A DNA stretch of 64,000 bases from Octopus vulgaris (lineage: Eukaryota): NCBI GenBank assembly GCA_951406725.2, contig OX597815.1, forward strand, positions 44,702,001-44,766,000, written 5' to 3'. Below are positions 53,512 through 64,000 of the stretch, piece by piece. A program made the position numbers and the translations under genes. Each line of letters begins with the position of its first letter. The stretch's first letter is position 1. Under the pieces are notes generated by a model, which saw nothing but the letters and a program-made list of their open reading frames with translations, had not been told where the DNA came from and ran no database searches.

Positions 53512-56100
53512 GAGTGACAGTGCAGTGCATACCATCAAAGTGGCACTGGGGTACAAATATACGAAGCCCAGTATACCCATCATGACTACCCGTCTGATAA
53601 GTGTACATTAGGCACATGCATCACAACCATATGTGCGCGACATAGTGATCTCATATCAAGATTAACAGCACATGATCTTGCAGGTGGGACCCAGTTAGAA
53701 TTTTCTTCAGGTTGGGTAGCCCACCCTGCCCAAAAGATTCCTGAATAAGGGTTATATAAGGATGTTGAACGAAACACCCATGTTTCCAAAGGTGAATTAT
53801 CCAAACCCTAAATAATTCCTCTCAACACGTGGTTATGATGCTCCCCCACTACTTCTGCTTGTGACCAGAGATGCATGTATCGTCAGCCAGTAGAGGACAT
53901 GCTCAACTGGTTGAGATCAAACAACTGACAAGCAAATCTGCTATGTTGTCATGACGTTTCTTATATTCTTTCTGGGTTAGTGGCGTTTAATGACTGGTAA
54001 TATGACATATGGTTTCGTCATTTTGTCTACAAATTCTGTACTTATCAATTTCTGATGCATTGTCTATTATGTATTTGATGTAATTGGTTCTTAATGCTTG
54101 CTCTTGGGCAGCACAGATTAGAGCCTCCGTTTCCGATTTTAAATCACTTTTAGTTATCAATAGCCATCTTTTTTCTCTGTTTGTCTTATCCCTATGAAAT
54201 TGTCCTTGCATTTTTTTTACTCACCTATTTTCAGTTTCATTCCTTCTCAAGTGCTTTATATTTGCAATCTTCCATCCTACATAAGCCTGACCTTCTTACT
54301 TCCAATAATAGCGGCTTTTTTTTACTATGCTATGTTGTTTTCTTCTGCTCTAATGCTGTGTTCGCATCCAATCAGTCCTCTTCTGCCTCTTTTTCTTGAT
54401 ACATACAGTCTCTGTGTGTCACTTTTTGAGTGGAGTATCCCACATCAAGTTAGTAACTTCCATGTCTTTCTGTATAAGCTGTTTATTTCGTCTACTGTCA
54501 GTGCGATTACCCCTGTTCCATATCTAAGGAGCGAAACCGCCCAGATGTTGATACCTTCAGTCTTATTCCACCCGTTTCGACTTAAGGATCAGTTTCAGTC
54601 TGCGCAAATACTCCACCTTAAATTTTTCAGTCATTTCTTTCACCATCAATTTATCCATTTCCAATATCCCCAAGTACTTATAGCCCGTCTCTTCTATCTG
54701 CTGCATAACCCCACCCCCACCCCCGACGGTATCGCTAGCCCGTCAATACATTTAATTTTGCCTCTCTTCAAGACTAACACACCGCACCGTTTCAGTCCGA
54801 ACTCCATTCTGATATCAGCAATGAAAGTATACACCGTGTCAACGAGGGAACTGAATTGGGATTCATTTTTACCATAAAGTTTGAGGTCATCCGGATGTTA
54901 CTCCAAAACCTTTAACTTTTAATTTTATCTGGTATCAACTTTTCATCTATACTTTCCATCTATTTCTTTGTAGAATCTCTTCTGATCTACTCTGAATAGC
55001 CTATTCTGTTGGTATCCCTTCATTCTTTTGACGTATTTTACTATCCTTGCTTTCTTTGCAACGAGGCGCGGTTTCAGTTCCTCCATTACCACTTTCAGGC
55101 CCTTTTTTCATACTTCCTGTTCGGTGCCCTGTATTTATGTTCACTTTTAAGATCCCACTTGTCTTTTCGGTCTAATACAGAAATGTCCTTCGAGAGCATA
55201 TCTAACCCCACCTGTATTCTTTTCCACTATGGATCTTTTCTTTTGTCACACCCATTATATTTCTTTTCTTGACATCAACACCCATATTTTCTGCGACATC
55301 AATACTTGCAGTCGTGATCAAATTATTTGTTTCTATGATGTTTTTGTTTCTTGGTTCAATTTCCACTGAACAGCATTTGTAAGGCCGCAAATAATGTCGC
55401 TATCGTACTCCTGTATCCATACCTTTATTCTGTCGTAGATTAACTTTTACCCATCTGTCATGTCACCGTTATTTTTATTGTCTTCTTACAGACCAACTAT
55501 ATGTCTCTCATAAAGCAAGTTATCACTGTTCCTTTCCTGTGGTTTATTAGAGATCATACCTGTGTTTTCTGCTATCAGATTACTTTTATTAGTAAGAACT
55601 GTATTTTCATCGTTTCCTCGGCTGCTGTTTTCCAATACCTGTCTTTTGATAGCTTTGAGCTTTACTTCTGTGAACCAACGACTTTTTCCCTATTACTCTA
55701 GCTTGATCACATAATCTCTGTTCCGCGAGTTGAAACAATCCTCTTTTTCTTCATTGATCATATATACATTGTCGGTATCCCCTAATATAAGCACCATTTT
55801 CGTCTTCAGAGTTGCTCAGGTAGTAACACTCCATGATCACAGCATTGACTTGTTTGTTCGATCTACGCCGTATGTACTGGTCCATTGCTGGATAATGACA
55901 GGCTGGAGTCGGACCAGTATCTCTGAGCCTGCTGGGTGCAACTCTCACCATCAAGAGCTTCAGTTTCGTTATCACCGCTATTCACAATGTTTTGTTTTTT
56001 CATTATCACTGGTATGAGGTTGTGCAATTACCAGTGTTTTTATTGTGACACCATCACTAGATGTATCATCGATCAGGACATGGGAAGATTCCAACCGCAT
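53512..56100 (-). mobile_element. Dong/R4-type (RLE-clade) LINE, long but internally deleted and degenerate
   Basis: N-terminal RRRSNKQVNAVIMECYYLS..RGYRQ; RT motifs DDLKLYGK..IRMEFGLKRC and YKYLG; C-terminal LKSETEALICAAQEQALRTN...YRICRQNDETICHI. A 3' UTR and (AAC)n(AAT)n tail follow at 53443-53511. Confidence 0.85.
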
Positions 56101-56149
56101 CCTTTCATTATTATTATTATTATCATCATCATCATCATCACTGATATTA

Positions 56150-56547
56150 TTTTCAGTTTTTACTCTATGCTGAGTATGATGGAAAGTGTCAGCTGTCTAC
56201 AGCCAGCAGACTATGGTGACACTTGTTTACTGATCATGCTTCAAGAACCCTGCGAAGAATTCTTGCAGTTCCAAGAAATACTGATTTTTGTAGGTTTTTC
56301 TACCTTCACACTTGCACCAATCTTTTTCAGCCATGTTGGTAGTTGAGTGTTGATACTTCCAAGTGCAACAATTACTACTGGTATAACAACTATTTTCATT
56401 GACCACAACTTTCGTATTTCCTACTTCAAATCGTCATAGTTGTTTATTTTTTCTTCTTCATTCACATTGATCCTGTTGTCACCGGGCATGCTATGTCGAT
56501 TATCGTACATGTTCTTTCTTTTTTATTCGCCACATGTACGGTTTCTA
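56150..56547 (-). mobile_element. Dong/R4-type LINE 3' fragment (restriction-like endonuclease end)
   Basis: IIDIACP...EEEKINNYDDLK*EIRKLW...VIPVVIVALG...LQKSVFLGTARILRRVL. Confidence 0.8.
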
Positions 56548-56558
56548 TTTTATTATTA

Positions 56559-56629
<71 letters not shown>

Positions 56630-56674
56630 GTTGCTGCTACTGCTGCTACTACTACTACTACTACCACCACCACC

Positions 56675-56709
<35 letters not shown>

Positions 56710-56735
56710 CACCACCACTGCTACTACAACTATTA
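56548..56735. repeat. (ATT)n-(GCT/ACT/ACC)n microsatellite
   Basis: Seen directly. Confidence 0.95.
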
Positions 56736-56759
56736 TATACGCACAACTGATTAGACTGT

Positions 56760-57185
56760 TGAGGAAGAAAAATCCTAGCATCGGGTTACAAGTAACCTTA
56801 GATGCTTGTAGATGCTTGTAGATGTCTTAGATGCCACGAATCCTCCTAAGTGTCCTAGTTGTCCCGAACAACACTGTTTTCTGCAGCTGCACTAAACAGG
56901 GTTTTACGCCTATTTCCTCTATCCATCGGTTCAGATTTTTATGCACCTTAACACGACTGGGATACATTTTACCCGCACATTCCATACATAGTCAATGGCT
57001 AGGTCCTGGTACTTTGCTATTTTTTCTATATCTCTCATATTGATTTTTTCATCATTTGGGACTGTACAGTCAAATATTTTGCACTTTCTATTCTCTTTGT
57101 CTACTTCTACTAAATCAGGCCTTCTAGCTTCTATTACTCTGTCAGTCTGAATATTAACGTCCCACAACATCTTGTATTTCTTTCT
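56760..57185 (-). mobile_element. Dong/R4-type LINE 3' fragment (RLE domain)
   Basis: LWDVNIQTDRVIEARRPDLV...IFDCTVP.D.....EKIAKYQDL...W...IPVV...LQKTVLFGTTRTLRR, a PD-(D/E)xK-type RLE motif. Confidence 0.85.
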
Positions 57186-57189
57186 AGTT

Positions 57190-57510
57190 CATTCTAGCAA
57201 ATTTGTTGAAAGGTGGGTGAATGTAGCGAGGATGGCCCGTATGAATGGGCCTACTCTGAATTTTGGCTTATAAACCAAATGCGTTTCAGAAGAGATGTGC
57301 CTGCTGAAGCGCATCTGGCGGTCGGGATAACCAGAATGTGTGGGGTTTCTCGGTTGTTTCTGTGAGGACCTCCCCTCTTTTGAGGAATTTTATGTTTAAT
57401 TGTTTTTGTTCTTTATTGTATACACGGCATTGTTAAAAGCCCAAATTGTCCCTTGTATTGTATTGTCCCTATATATTTTGTGTCCGGCCCTTGTAACCAA
57501 TAAAAGAAAT
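57190..57510 (+). mobile_element. Probable L1/Tx1-type LINE 3' end
   Basis: KFVERWVNVARM ORF end, T-rich 3' UTR and AATAAA immediately before an (ATT)n tail. Confidence 0.5.
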
Positions 57511-57541
57511 TATTATTATTATTATAATTATTATTATTATT

Positions 57542-57582
<41 letters not shown>

Positions 57583-58439
57583 TATTATTACCATTATTGT
57601 TATTATTATTAGTAGTAGTAGTAGTATTATACAATACTTCTATAGTACAATCTTTCTAGCAAGTATTGGCTTTCTCAAAAAATGTAAGCAATTATTCGAA
57701 CCATTCCTATTCCCATTCTCATATTAACTATTCTTATTTTTTAATGGAACTGTATTTATGTTTAGTAGATAAGTTTTTCGCTACACATTCCTGCCCATAA
57801 TCTTTGCAACAACTTCTTATTCTTTCCTGTGTTTGTGGTTAATGAAGTTATAAAGTTTATTGACATTTTGTACTTATTTACTTTGGCCTGTATTAAGAAG
57901 AGTCTTTCTTTTTTAAAGATTAATTGTTTCTATCTAGCCCGGAGTATCAACTTTGTATCTCAGTCTTGTCCGCAAAACCAAAGGGTTTGAACTCCTAGTG
58001 TCAATAGCGATTAAGACGGAAAATATTACAGGTTTTCCTTTGTTTTTCTATTTTTTACAGCCCATCCCTATCAACGCTTTTCCTGAATAGCATTTAATTT
58101 GTATAAAACTGTAAACTGTTCGCTAATAATTGAATACAAACACATATGTACGACTGTGTATATTAAGCTACGATTTATAGTTAAGAGAATGGCATTCTAC
58201 ACATTAACATTTATTTGTTTGATTTCCTGTTCAGGGAAAAATAACAGACTATTGTATTATATTTTTGTAGATGACACTCTTACTGCATTGTACGCTTGTT
58301 CTTTGCTTTCTACTTATTTCCGTGTTAATCTAACTATGGAATTTCCTGCAAGGAAATAACATTGATGAGTGATATTGTATGTTTTTAAAACGCAAAACTT
58401 AATATGCTTATTGATAAATTGATAAACCTAAATAAAAAT

Positions 58440-58700
58440 GTGGAGGCGTGTGGCCTTAGTGGTTAGGGTGTTGAACTCATGATCGTGAGGTTGTGGTTTC
58501 GATTCCTGGACCGGGCGATGCGTTGTGTTCTTGAGCAAAACACTTCATTTCACGTTGCTCCAGTTCACTCAGCTGGCAAAAATGAGTAACGCTGCGATGG
58601 ACTGGCGTCCCGTCCCGCTGGGGAACACATACGCCATAGAAACCGGGAAACCGGGCCCATGAGCTTGGCTAGGCTTTAAAAGGGCGCATTTATTTATTTT
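58440..58700 (+). mobile_element. Well-preserved SINE family C variant
   Basis: A-box tggccttagtgg, B-box gtttcgattcc, ttgagcaaaacacttcatttcacgttgctccagttcactcagctg, (TTTA)n tail. Confidence 0.85.
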
Positions 58701-58779
58701 TAAACAAAAATATTGTCGTACAACAAACAGGTTGAATAGTAGTTACACACAAAATTGGATATAAAAACTGTGACATCTA

Positions 58780-59258
58780 AACATACATATGTATGTGCAG
58801 ATTTGTATGTTTTATCTATGTATCCTCATGCATATATTTGCATATCTAGAAATGCTCGTATATACTTAAATCGTAATCTTCTGGAAAGTTTTACAGATTT
58901 TTACAGTTCCAGTGGTGGACAGGATCTGTAGTCTTCGAATTAACCTCCTCCTTTCTGAATTTGAGAAGCCTAATTTCTCAAGATTGGTATTTAGGCTGTG
59001 AGTTACATATACCAGGGCCTCAATAATTATAGGTATAAACCTGAACTTGTACTCTGGATAGAGTAACTGCATATTTCTTAATAGTTCAGCGTAGGTATCC
59101 TCTTTTTCACTGATCTTCAGTTTTATGCTAACATCCGCTGGACAGCTAATTTCCACAACTATTCCCAGTTTCTCTTCTCCATCCCAAATCATTATATCAG
59201 GTCTGTTGTGCTTACATTTTATTGAGGTCTTCACTGGTACATTTCACCAGTATTCCTT
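58780..59258 (-). mobile_element. RLE-clade LINE 3' fragment (a subfamily distinct from the three above)
   Basis: KHNRPDIMIWD...VVEISCPAD...EKEDTY..L...FIPIII.AL...TGTVKICKTF; its 5' end abuts a (TACA)n tract. Confidence 0.8.
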
Positions 59259-59358
59259 TGTATGTATGTATGTATGTATGTATGTATGTATGTATGTATG
59301 TATGTATGTATGTATGTATGTATGTATGTATGTATATACAGACATACACAGACATAAT

Positions 59359-59452
<94 letters not shown>
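59259..59452. repeat. (TATG)n and (GATA)n microsatellites
   Basis: Seen directly. Confidence 0.95.
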
Positions 59453-60245
59453 GTGTGTACAGATATATTTTTGCATAGCTACACATGCCCATAAGTATTT
59501 ATTTATTAGTTTCATATTGAAAATTATTGAACGATAGGTTTGGTAGTAACAGGTTTTGAACGAGCCATCATTGCAAGTGACATTCTGATGATTGTCTTTC
59601 ATAATGACAGCTGTCTTTAAATTGGGTTTAAATTTTTAAATCTCTCTAGGGGGGGGAGTGAATTTTTTGCTGCAAGGGAAATTGAATAAACTTAATTTTT
59701 TAAAGTCATTATAATATATAAGTTACAATCTACTGTTGATTGCGTGTGTGTGTGTACATATATACATTCATATATACATACCCATTAGTATATATACATA
59801 TACACATATATATGCACACACATGCACACTCACAAGCACACACTCACACCGACACACACACATATACATACACATATACATACACATATACATATACACC
59901 TATATATATATACACACACACACATACAAATAGTGCGATTGAAGTTTTATGTTATAATTCGATTTTCATGACACTGCAATCTTCGGAGAAGAACTGTTAC
60001 AGTACGGTTTGGTAGTATATTTCTAGTCGTTGATGTGGATATAGTCTCATGCTTGTATTTGTTCATTAGTTTACATTTCCTATTTCTTAAGTCTTTTTCT
60101 CTGCTGCGATAAATCCGAGTTGCAACAATTCTCATTTGATAACCGCAGTGGCCTCTAAATCCAGTCGAGATAAAATTTCAGTTCGACAAATTATATATTC
60201 AACATGTATTAAACAGTTCTTTCTCATTCATTCGACACAGTTCAG

Positions 60246-60368
<123 letters not shown>

Positions 60369-60639
60369 ATCTGTGTGTAAGTATATATGGATCTATAGGG
60401 ATAAATTTTACACGTTAGAGCATTTTCCTTAACTTTCTCTGTTTTGAAAGAGAATAAATATACGCAAAGTTTCGAACAACGGTAGGCTTGAATATGTTAC
60501 GAGATATATACAGGAATTTAGAGCATGATAATAGCCGCTTAAATTCCATTAATTGGATATATATATATATATACCCAAACTCATCTACATAATCTTTTAC
60601 TCACCATATGTGGACCGCGGCCTGCAAGTCTAAGTGTTT

Positions 60640-61720
60640 ATATAAGGTGCCGAAGAGAAGCATCACACTGGTTATACAACTGTGTTTTGAGGCGATTGGA
60701 ATCTTGCAAACATCGGATTTAATTCTTTAAATTATGTCGTAATCACTGATTAGAGCTATCATGGAACATGGGGACAAAATAAAAGCTTCAGCCACGACAG
60801 ACTATCTGCTTTAAGTGTAGATGACAAAAGGCAACGCCACATGCCATTCAGGAAAGTTATCCTGTTCATGCACGGGTTGTTTTGATAAATGCATACGACA
60901 GCATAACCTAGAAAAGCATGTATGTGTCTTGTGAAGCTGCAAATACAGAAACTCAGGCAGTTAAGGAATGTTCTCGAATTCTTAAGAGCATCATTGAATG
61001 TGGCAACTGTCCTCACTAATTTGCTTTCATTGTAGATGAAACAGACCTTTTAGAGAAAGAAGTGCCAACTCAAATTTTCATCTTCCTAGAAGTTAAACAT
61101 GCTTCTAGATTAAAAAAAAAATCCTCTTAACACTTTACTTAGTGTTCATAGTACAGGGGACTTCAAGCTGAAGCCAAGATCCATTTATCATTCAGAAAAA
61201 TGACGAGCAGTGCAACTCCCTGGTATTTGGAAATGAAAAAAGATTTAGATGACAATAGAAATTTTTATTCAGTAGTTTGTTTCGTATCTTTATCCATTAG
61301 TGTAAAAATATTACAAAGAACATACCATTAAATTAATGGTATTGTTGATGCTTGATAATATTCCAGACCACTGAACATTGTTCAGATCTCCATTCCTGAC
61401 AAAATAGGTTAACCACCAAACATCATTTTCTTACTCCAACCCATTTATCAAAGTGTAACTTTAAATATCAAGGCCTTCAAACAACTTGTGGATGGAACGT
61501 TTGAAAGAAAAAAGCTATCGTATTGAAGGAAGACCATCTTAGGACAATATACTGAGAATTGCATGAACTGTTTGGAAGAAGCAGTAATCGGAGGCATGTA
61601 ATGATTTCCTGAAATTTTACGAAGAAACAATACCAGCAGTCTTTAAGGACATCATGGTACTAGTCAATCGAAGAAGAATATAAAGTGCCAATGCGAACGA
61701 TTTGAAGTAGTTAATACAGT
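60640..61720 (+). pseudogene. Decayed Tigger/pogo-family transposase
   Basis: Manual translation of 61030-61480 gives FIVDETDL..K.VP...GDFKLKP.SIYHSE..RA..LPGIW...MT..IF...F...VLLMLDNIPDH...LQPIYQ.V....KA, matching the Tigger DDE pattern DETGL..GDFKLKP..HSENPRA..LLLLDNAPGH..QPMDQGVI. Confidence 0.8.
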
Positions 61721-62104
61721 TGCATTGAATATCTACAGGAGTTAGATTAGAAACGCATCCAAAATATGCTGGGAAAATCTATTATAGAGAAAATATGATA
61801 CTGAATTCCCCAATACCAATGTTACGAAGATTGTGATAATGATAGACTAGTTTACTGGTAATAATCATGATTTGAAGTGCTGGAACAAAAAAAAAAGCAA
61901 GATGATTTGGGTATGATATTCTGTTACTGTGAATTGATGTAAGCGCCATATTCTAGAAGTAACTTCTATACGACGATAAACCAAAAACTGAACCTTCATC
62001 CCAGTTATTGTCTCTTCAGTTCTATATTTAAGAGATGAGGAATTATGTACATTATTTACATTATTTACATTTGCCGGATATTTGTCCTCATCTTTTTTGT
62101 TGTC

Positions 62105-62146
62105 AACACTACGTTTCGGCTGATATACCCTCCAGCCTTCGTCAGG
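62105..62146 (-). ncRNA. Minimal hammerhead ribozyme (left arm; 5' strand of stem I deleted)
   Basis: C-CUGACGA-A-GGCUG-GAGGGUAUAU-CAGCC-GAAAC-GUA-GUGUU. Confidence 0.7.
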
Positions 62147-62186
62147 TTCGAACCTGGGTTCTCATTCCTAAGGTATTTTTGGATGC

Positions 62187-62278
<92 letters not shown>

Positions 62279-62435
62279 TCACTGCCTCGAATCGAACTCG
62301 GAATCTTGGGGCTGGTAGCCCGTACTCTTAACCACTACGCCATATGCTCGTGCATATGGCGTAGTGGTTAAGTAGCTCTCAGGGAGATTCAGTGTGGCAC
62401 AGAATGTGATAATAATAATAATAATAATAATAATG

Positions 62436-62495
<60 letters not shown>

Positions 62496-62542
62496 TCAAA
62501 AAATACCTTAGGAATGAGAACCTAGGTTCGAAATTATCCCAA

Positions 62543-62588
62543 GACACCTGACGAAGGTTGGAGGGTATATCAGCCGAAACGTTGTGTT
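62543..62588 (+). ncRNA. Minimal type-I hammerhead ribozyme (right arm)
   Basis: GACAC-CUGACGA-A-GGUUG-GAGGGUAUAU-CAGCC-GAAAC-GUU-GUGUU. Stem I is GACAC/GUGUU, stem II has 5 bp and stem III is the loopless palindrome AACGUU. Confidence 0.8.
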
Positions 62589-62656
62589 AACAACAAACAA
62601 GATGAGGACAAATATCCGTCAATTGTAAATAATGTAAATAATTGTCTCTTCAGTTG

Positions 62657-62985
62657 TGAAGGGACATGGCTTACTGGTTAGGGGTATGTGGCTCACGATC
62701 GTAAGGTCGCGAGTTTGATTCCCGGCGGCACGTTGTGTCCTTGAGTAAGATACTTTATCTCTCGTTGTTCCAGTTCACTCGCTTGGCAAAAAATAAATTG
62801 TACCTATATTTTAAAAGGCCAGACCATGTCATATCCTGTGTCACACTGAATCTCCCTGAGAGCTACGTTAAGAGTATGCATGTCTGCGGAGTGCTCAGCT
62901 ACTTGCACGTTAATTTCACGAACAGGGTGTTCGGTTAATCGGATCAATTGCAACCCTCTTCGTCGTGACCGACGGAGAACCAGTT
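62657..62985 (+). mobile_element. SINE family C copy
   Basis: gaagggacatggcttactggttagggg...gagtttgattcccggc...ctgaatctccctgagagctacgttaag...caaccctcttcgtcgtgaccgacggag. Confidence 0.82.
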
Positions 62986-63564
62986 GAATTAAAACTTTTT
63001 TTTTTTTTGGTCTTTTCAGTTATAATCTCTTTATTCACAATTGTTGTTCCTTCTGTTAAAAATAGCTTATCAAGCTCATATCTCTATTTATGCTATCATA
63101 TAATCGCCTCATATAGTGTTATTTAATTTAGACTGCATTTTTAAAGGCGCGTATATCGACGCTTAACCGAGATATCGCAGAAGAAAGCAAAAGGAAAAAA
63201 GAGAGAAGGGGAGCAGCTATCGCTGCCAAAAAATATTTCCCCATACTTGGTGATGTCAGTATTTATCGGCTGGTCCTGTTCATGTAAATTTCTGATATAT
63301 TAAATGGGAGCAAGGTCACAAGAAAAACGCATTTCATCACAGACCGGTCGATCAGGACTGTTATGGGGCTAAACAAGAACAATAGCCAAGTGTTATTCGT
63401 TGAGAGAAAGGAAGGCATCTGCGTGATCGTTCAACGTGTCTGAAGTAGTAACTAAGTTTTTCCTTTTATCACACCGTTATCCTAAATCAGGAAAGGGCAC
63501 TTTAGACAATGTACTTCTATGTACACCAAAAGCCAAGATAATACACACGCTGTGTATTTTACAT

Positions 63565-63800
63565 GTTTCCATCATTAAACTGTGACCATGCTGGGGCACC
63601 GCCTGAACAGCTTTTAGTCAAACGAATTAAGCCAGTATTTTCTTATTTTACGCCTGGTATTCATTCTATTATTCTCTTCTGCTGAACCGCTAACTTACAG
63701 ACCAACACTAACAGTGACAGCGTTGGTCTGTAACTGAACGTAAACACACCAACACAGGTTATCAAACGGTGTGGGGGACAAACACTCATGCGCGCGCGCA
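63565..63800 (-). mobile_element. SINE family B 3' half (a further tail fragment lies at 63950-64000)
   Basis: tgtgaccatgctggggcaccgcc...gcctggtattcattctat...gctgaaccgctaac...gtgggggacaaacac. Confidence 0.78.
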
Positions 63801-63804
63801 CATA

Positions 63805-63848
<44 letters not shown>

Positions 63849-64000
63849 GGCCCCTAGGGCAAAAGCATCCAAGGACAAAAGGTCACATAGTTAAAGTGTG
63901 AAAGTGGACAAAAGCCCCACGGTTATATTTTTCGGTAATTTTTTTTTATTTTCACCTACTTGATTCAGTCATTAGGCTGAGGCCATGCTGGGGCACCGCC

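Larger units (their letters stand above)
62023..62640. mobile_element. Palindromic tRNA-head/(AAT)n/hammerhead element with a 15-bp flanking direct repeat
   Basis: The direct repeat attgtctcttcagtt lies at 62008-62022 and 62641-62655. Arms 62040-62347 and 62352-62640 are inverted around the perfect central hairpin cttaaccactacgccatatgc-tcgt-gcatatggcgtagtggttaag. Confidence 0.85.

Noticed and set aside
54194-54877. 227-aa plus-strand ORF
   Set aside because: It is the antisense shadow of the Dong/R4 LINE RT on the minus strand.
62275-62347. Possible tRNA gene
   Set aside because: It has A and B boxes but no convincing acceptor stem or oligo-T terminator, and it is embedded in the palindromic element, so I treat it as a tRNA-derived head.

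Overview
This is AT-rich, repeat-saturated eukaryotic DNA, not prokaryotic. The SINE families and the extreme (TA)n/(CA)n/(TACA)n/(TAA)n density point to a coleoid cephalopod, most likely Octopus (inference). I find no confidently recognisable host gene, and most long ORFs in the track are microsatellite translations. The window is mostly decayed transposons: Penelope-like elements (PLE, RT plus GIY-YIG), a CR1/L2-type LINE 3' end, a cluster of Dong/R4-type RLE LINEs in TAA tracts, L1/Tx1 fragments, an internally deleted Helitron with both ends, DD37D mariner and Tigger/pogo fragments, several MITEs and three tRNA-derived SINE families. The most striking signal is a set of minimal type-I hammerhead ribozymes (HHR) in non-coding elements, with the best-preserved copies at about 6.0, 24.6, 43.6, 62.1 and 62.5 kb. 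Several lie in fold-back (palindromic) arrangements. The best case is 62023-62640, a head-to-head palindromic insertion flanked by a 15-bp direct repeat, whose unit is a tRNA-like Pol III head, an (AAT)n tract and a hammerhead. It is a candidate ribozyme-armed SINE/retrozyme that may be mobilised by Penelope elements. Other points of interest are a Merlin-like MITE carrying TTAGGG repeats, a LINE-SINE shared 3' tail, head-to-tail SINE arrays and a possible pair of phase-compatible exons. All coordinates and folds were read by eye; no database search or folding program was run.
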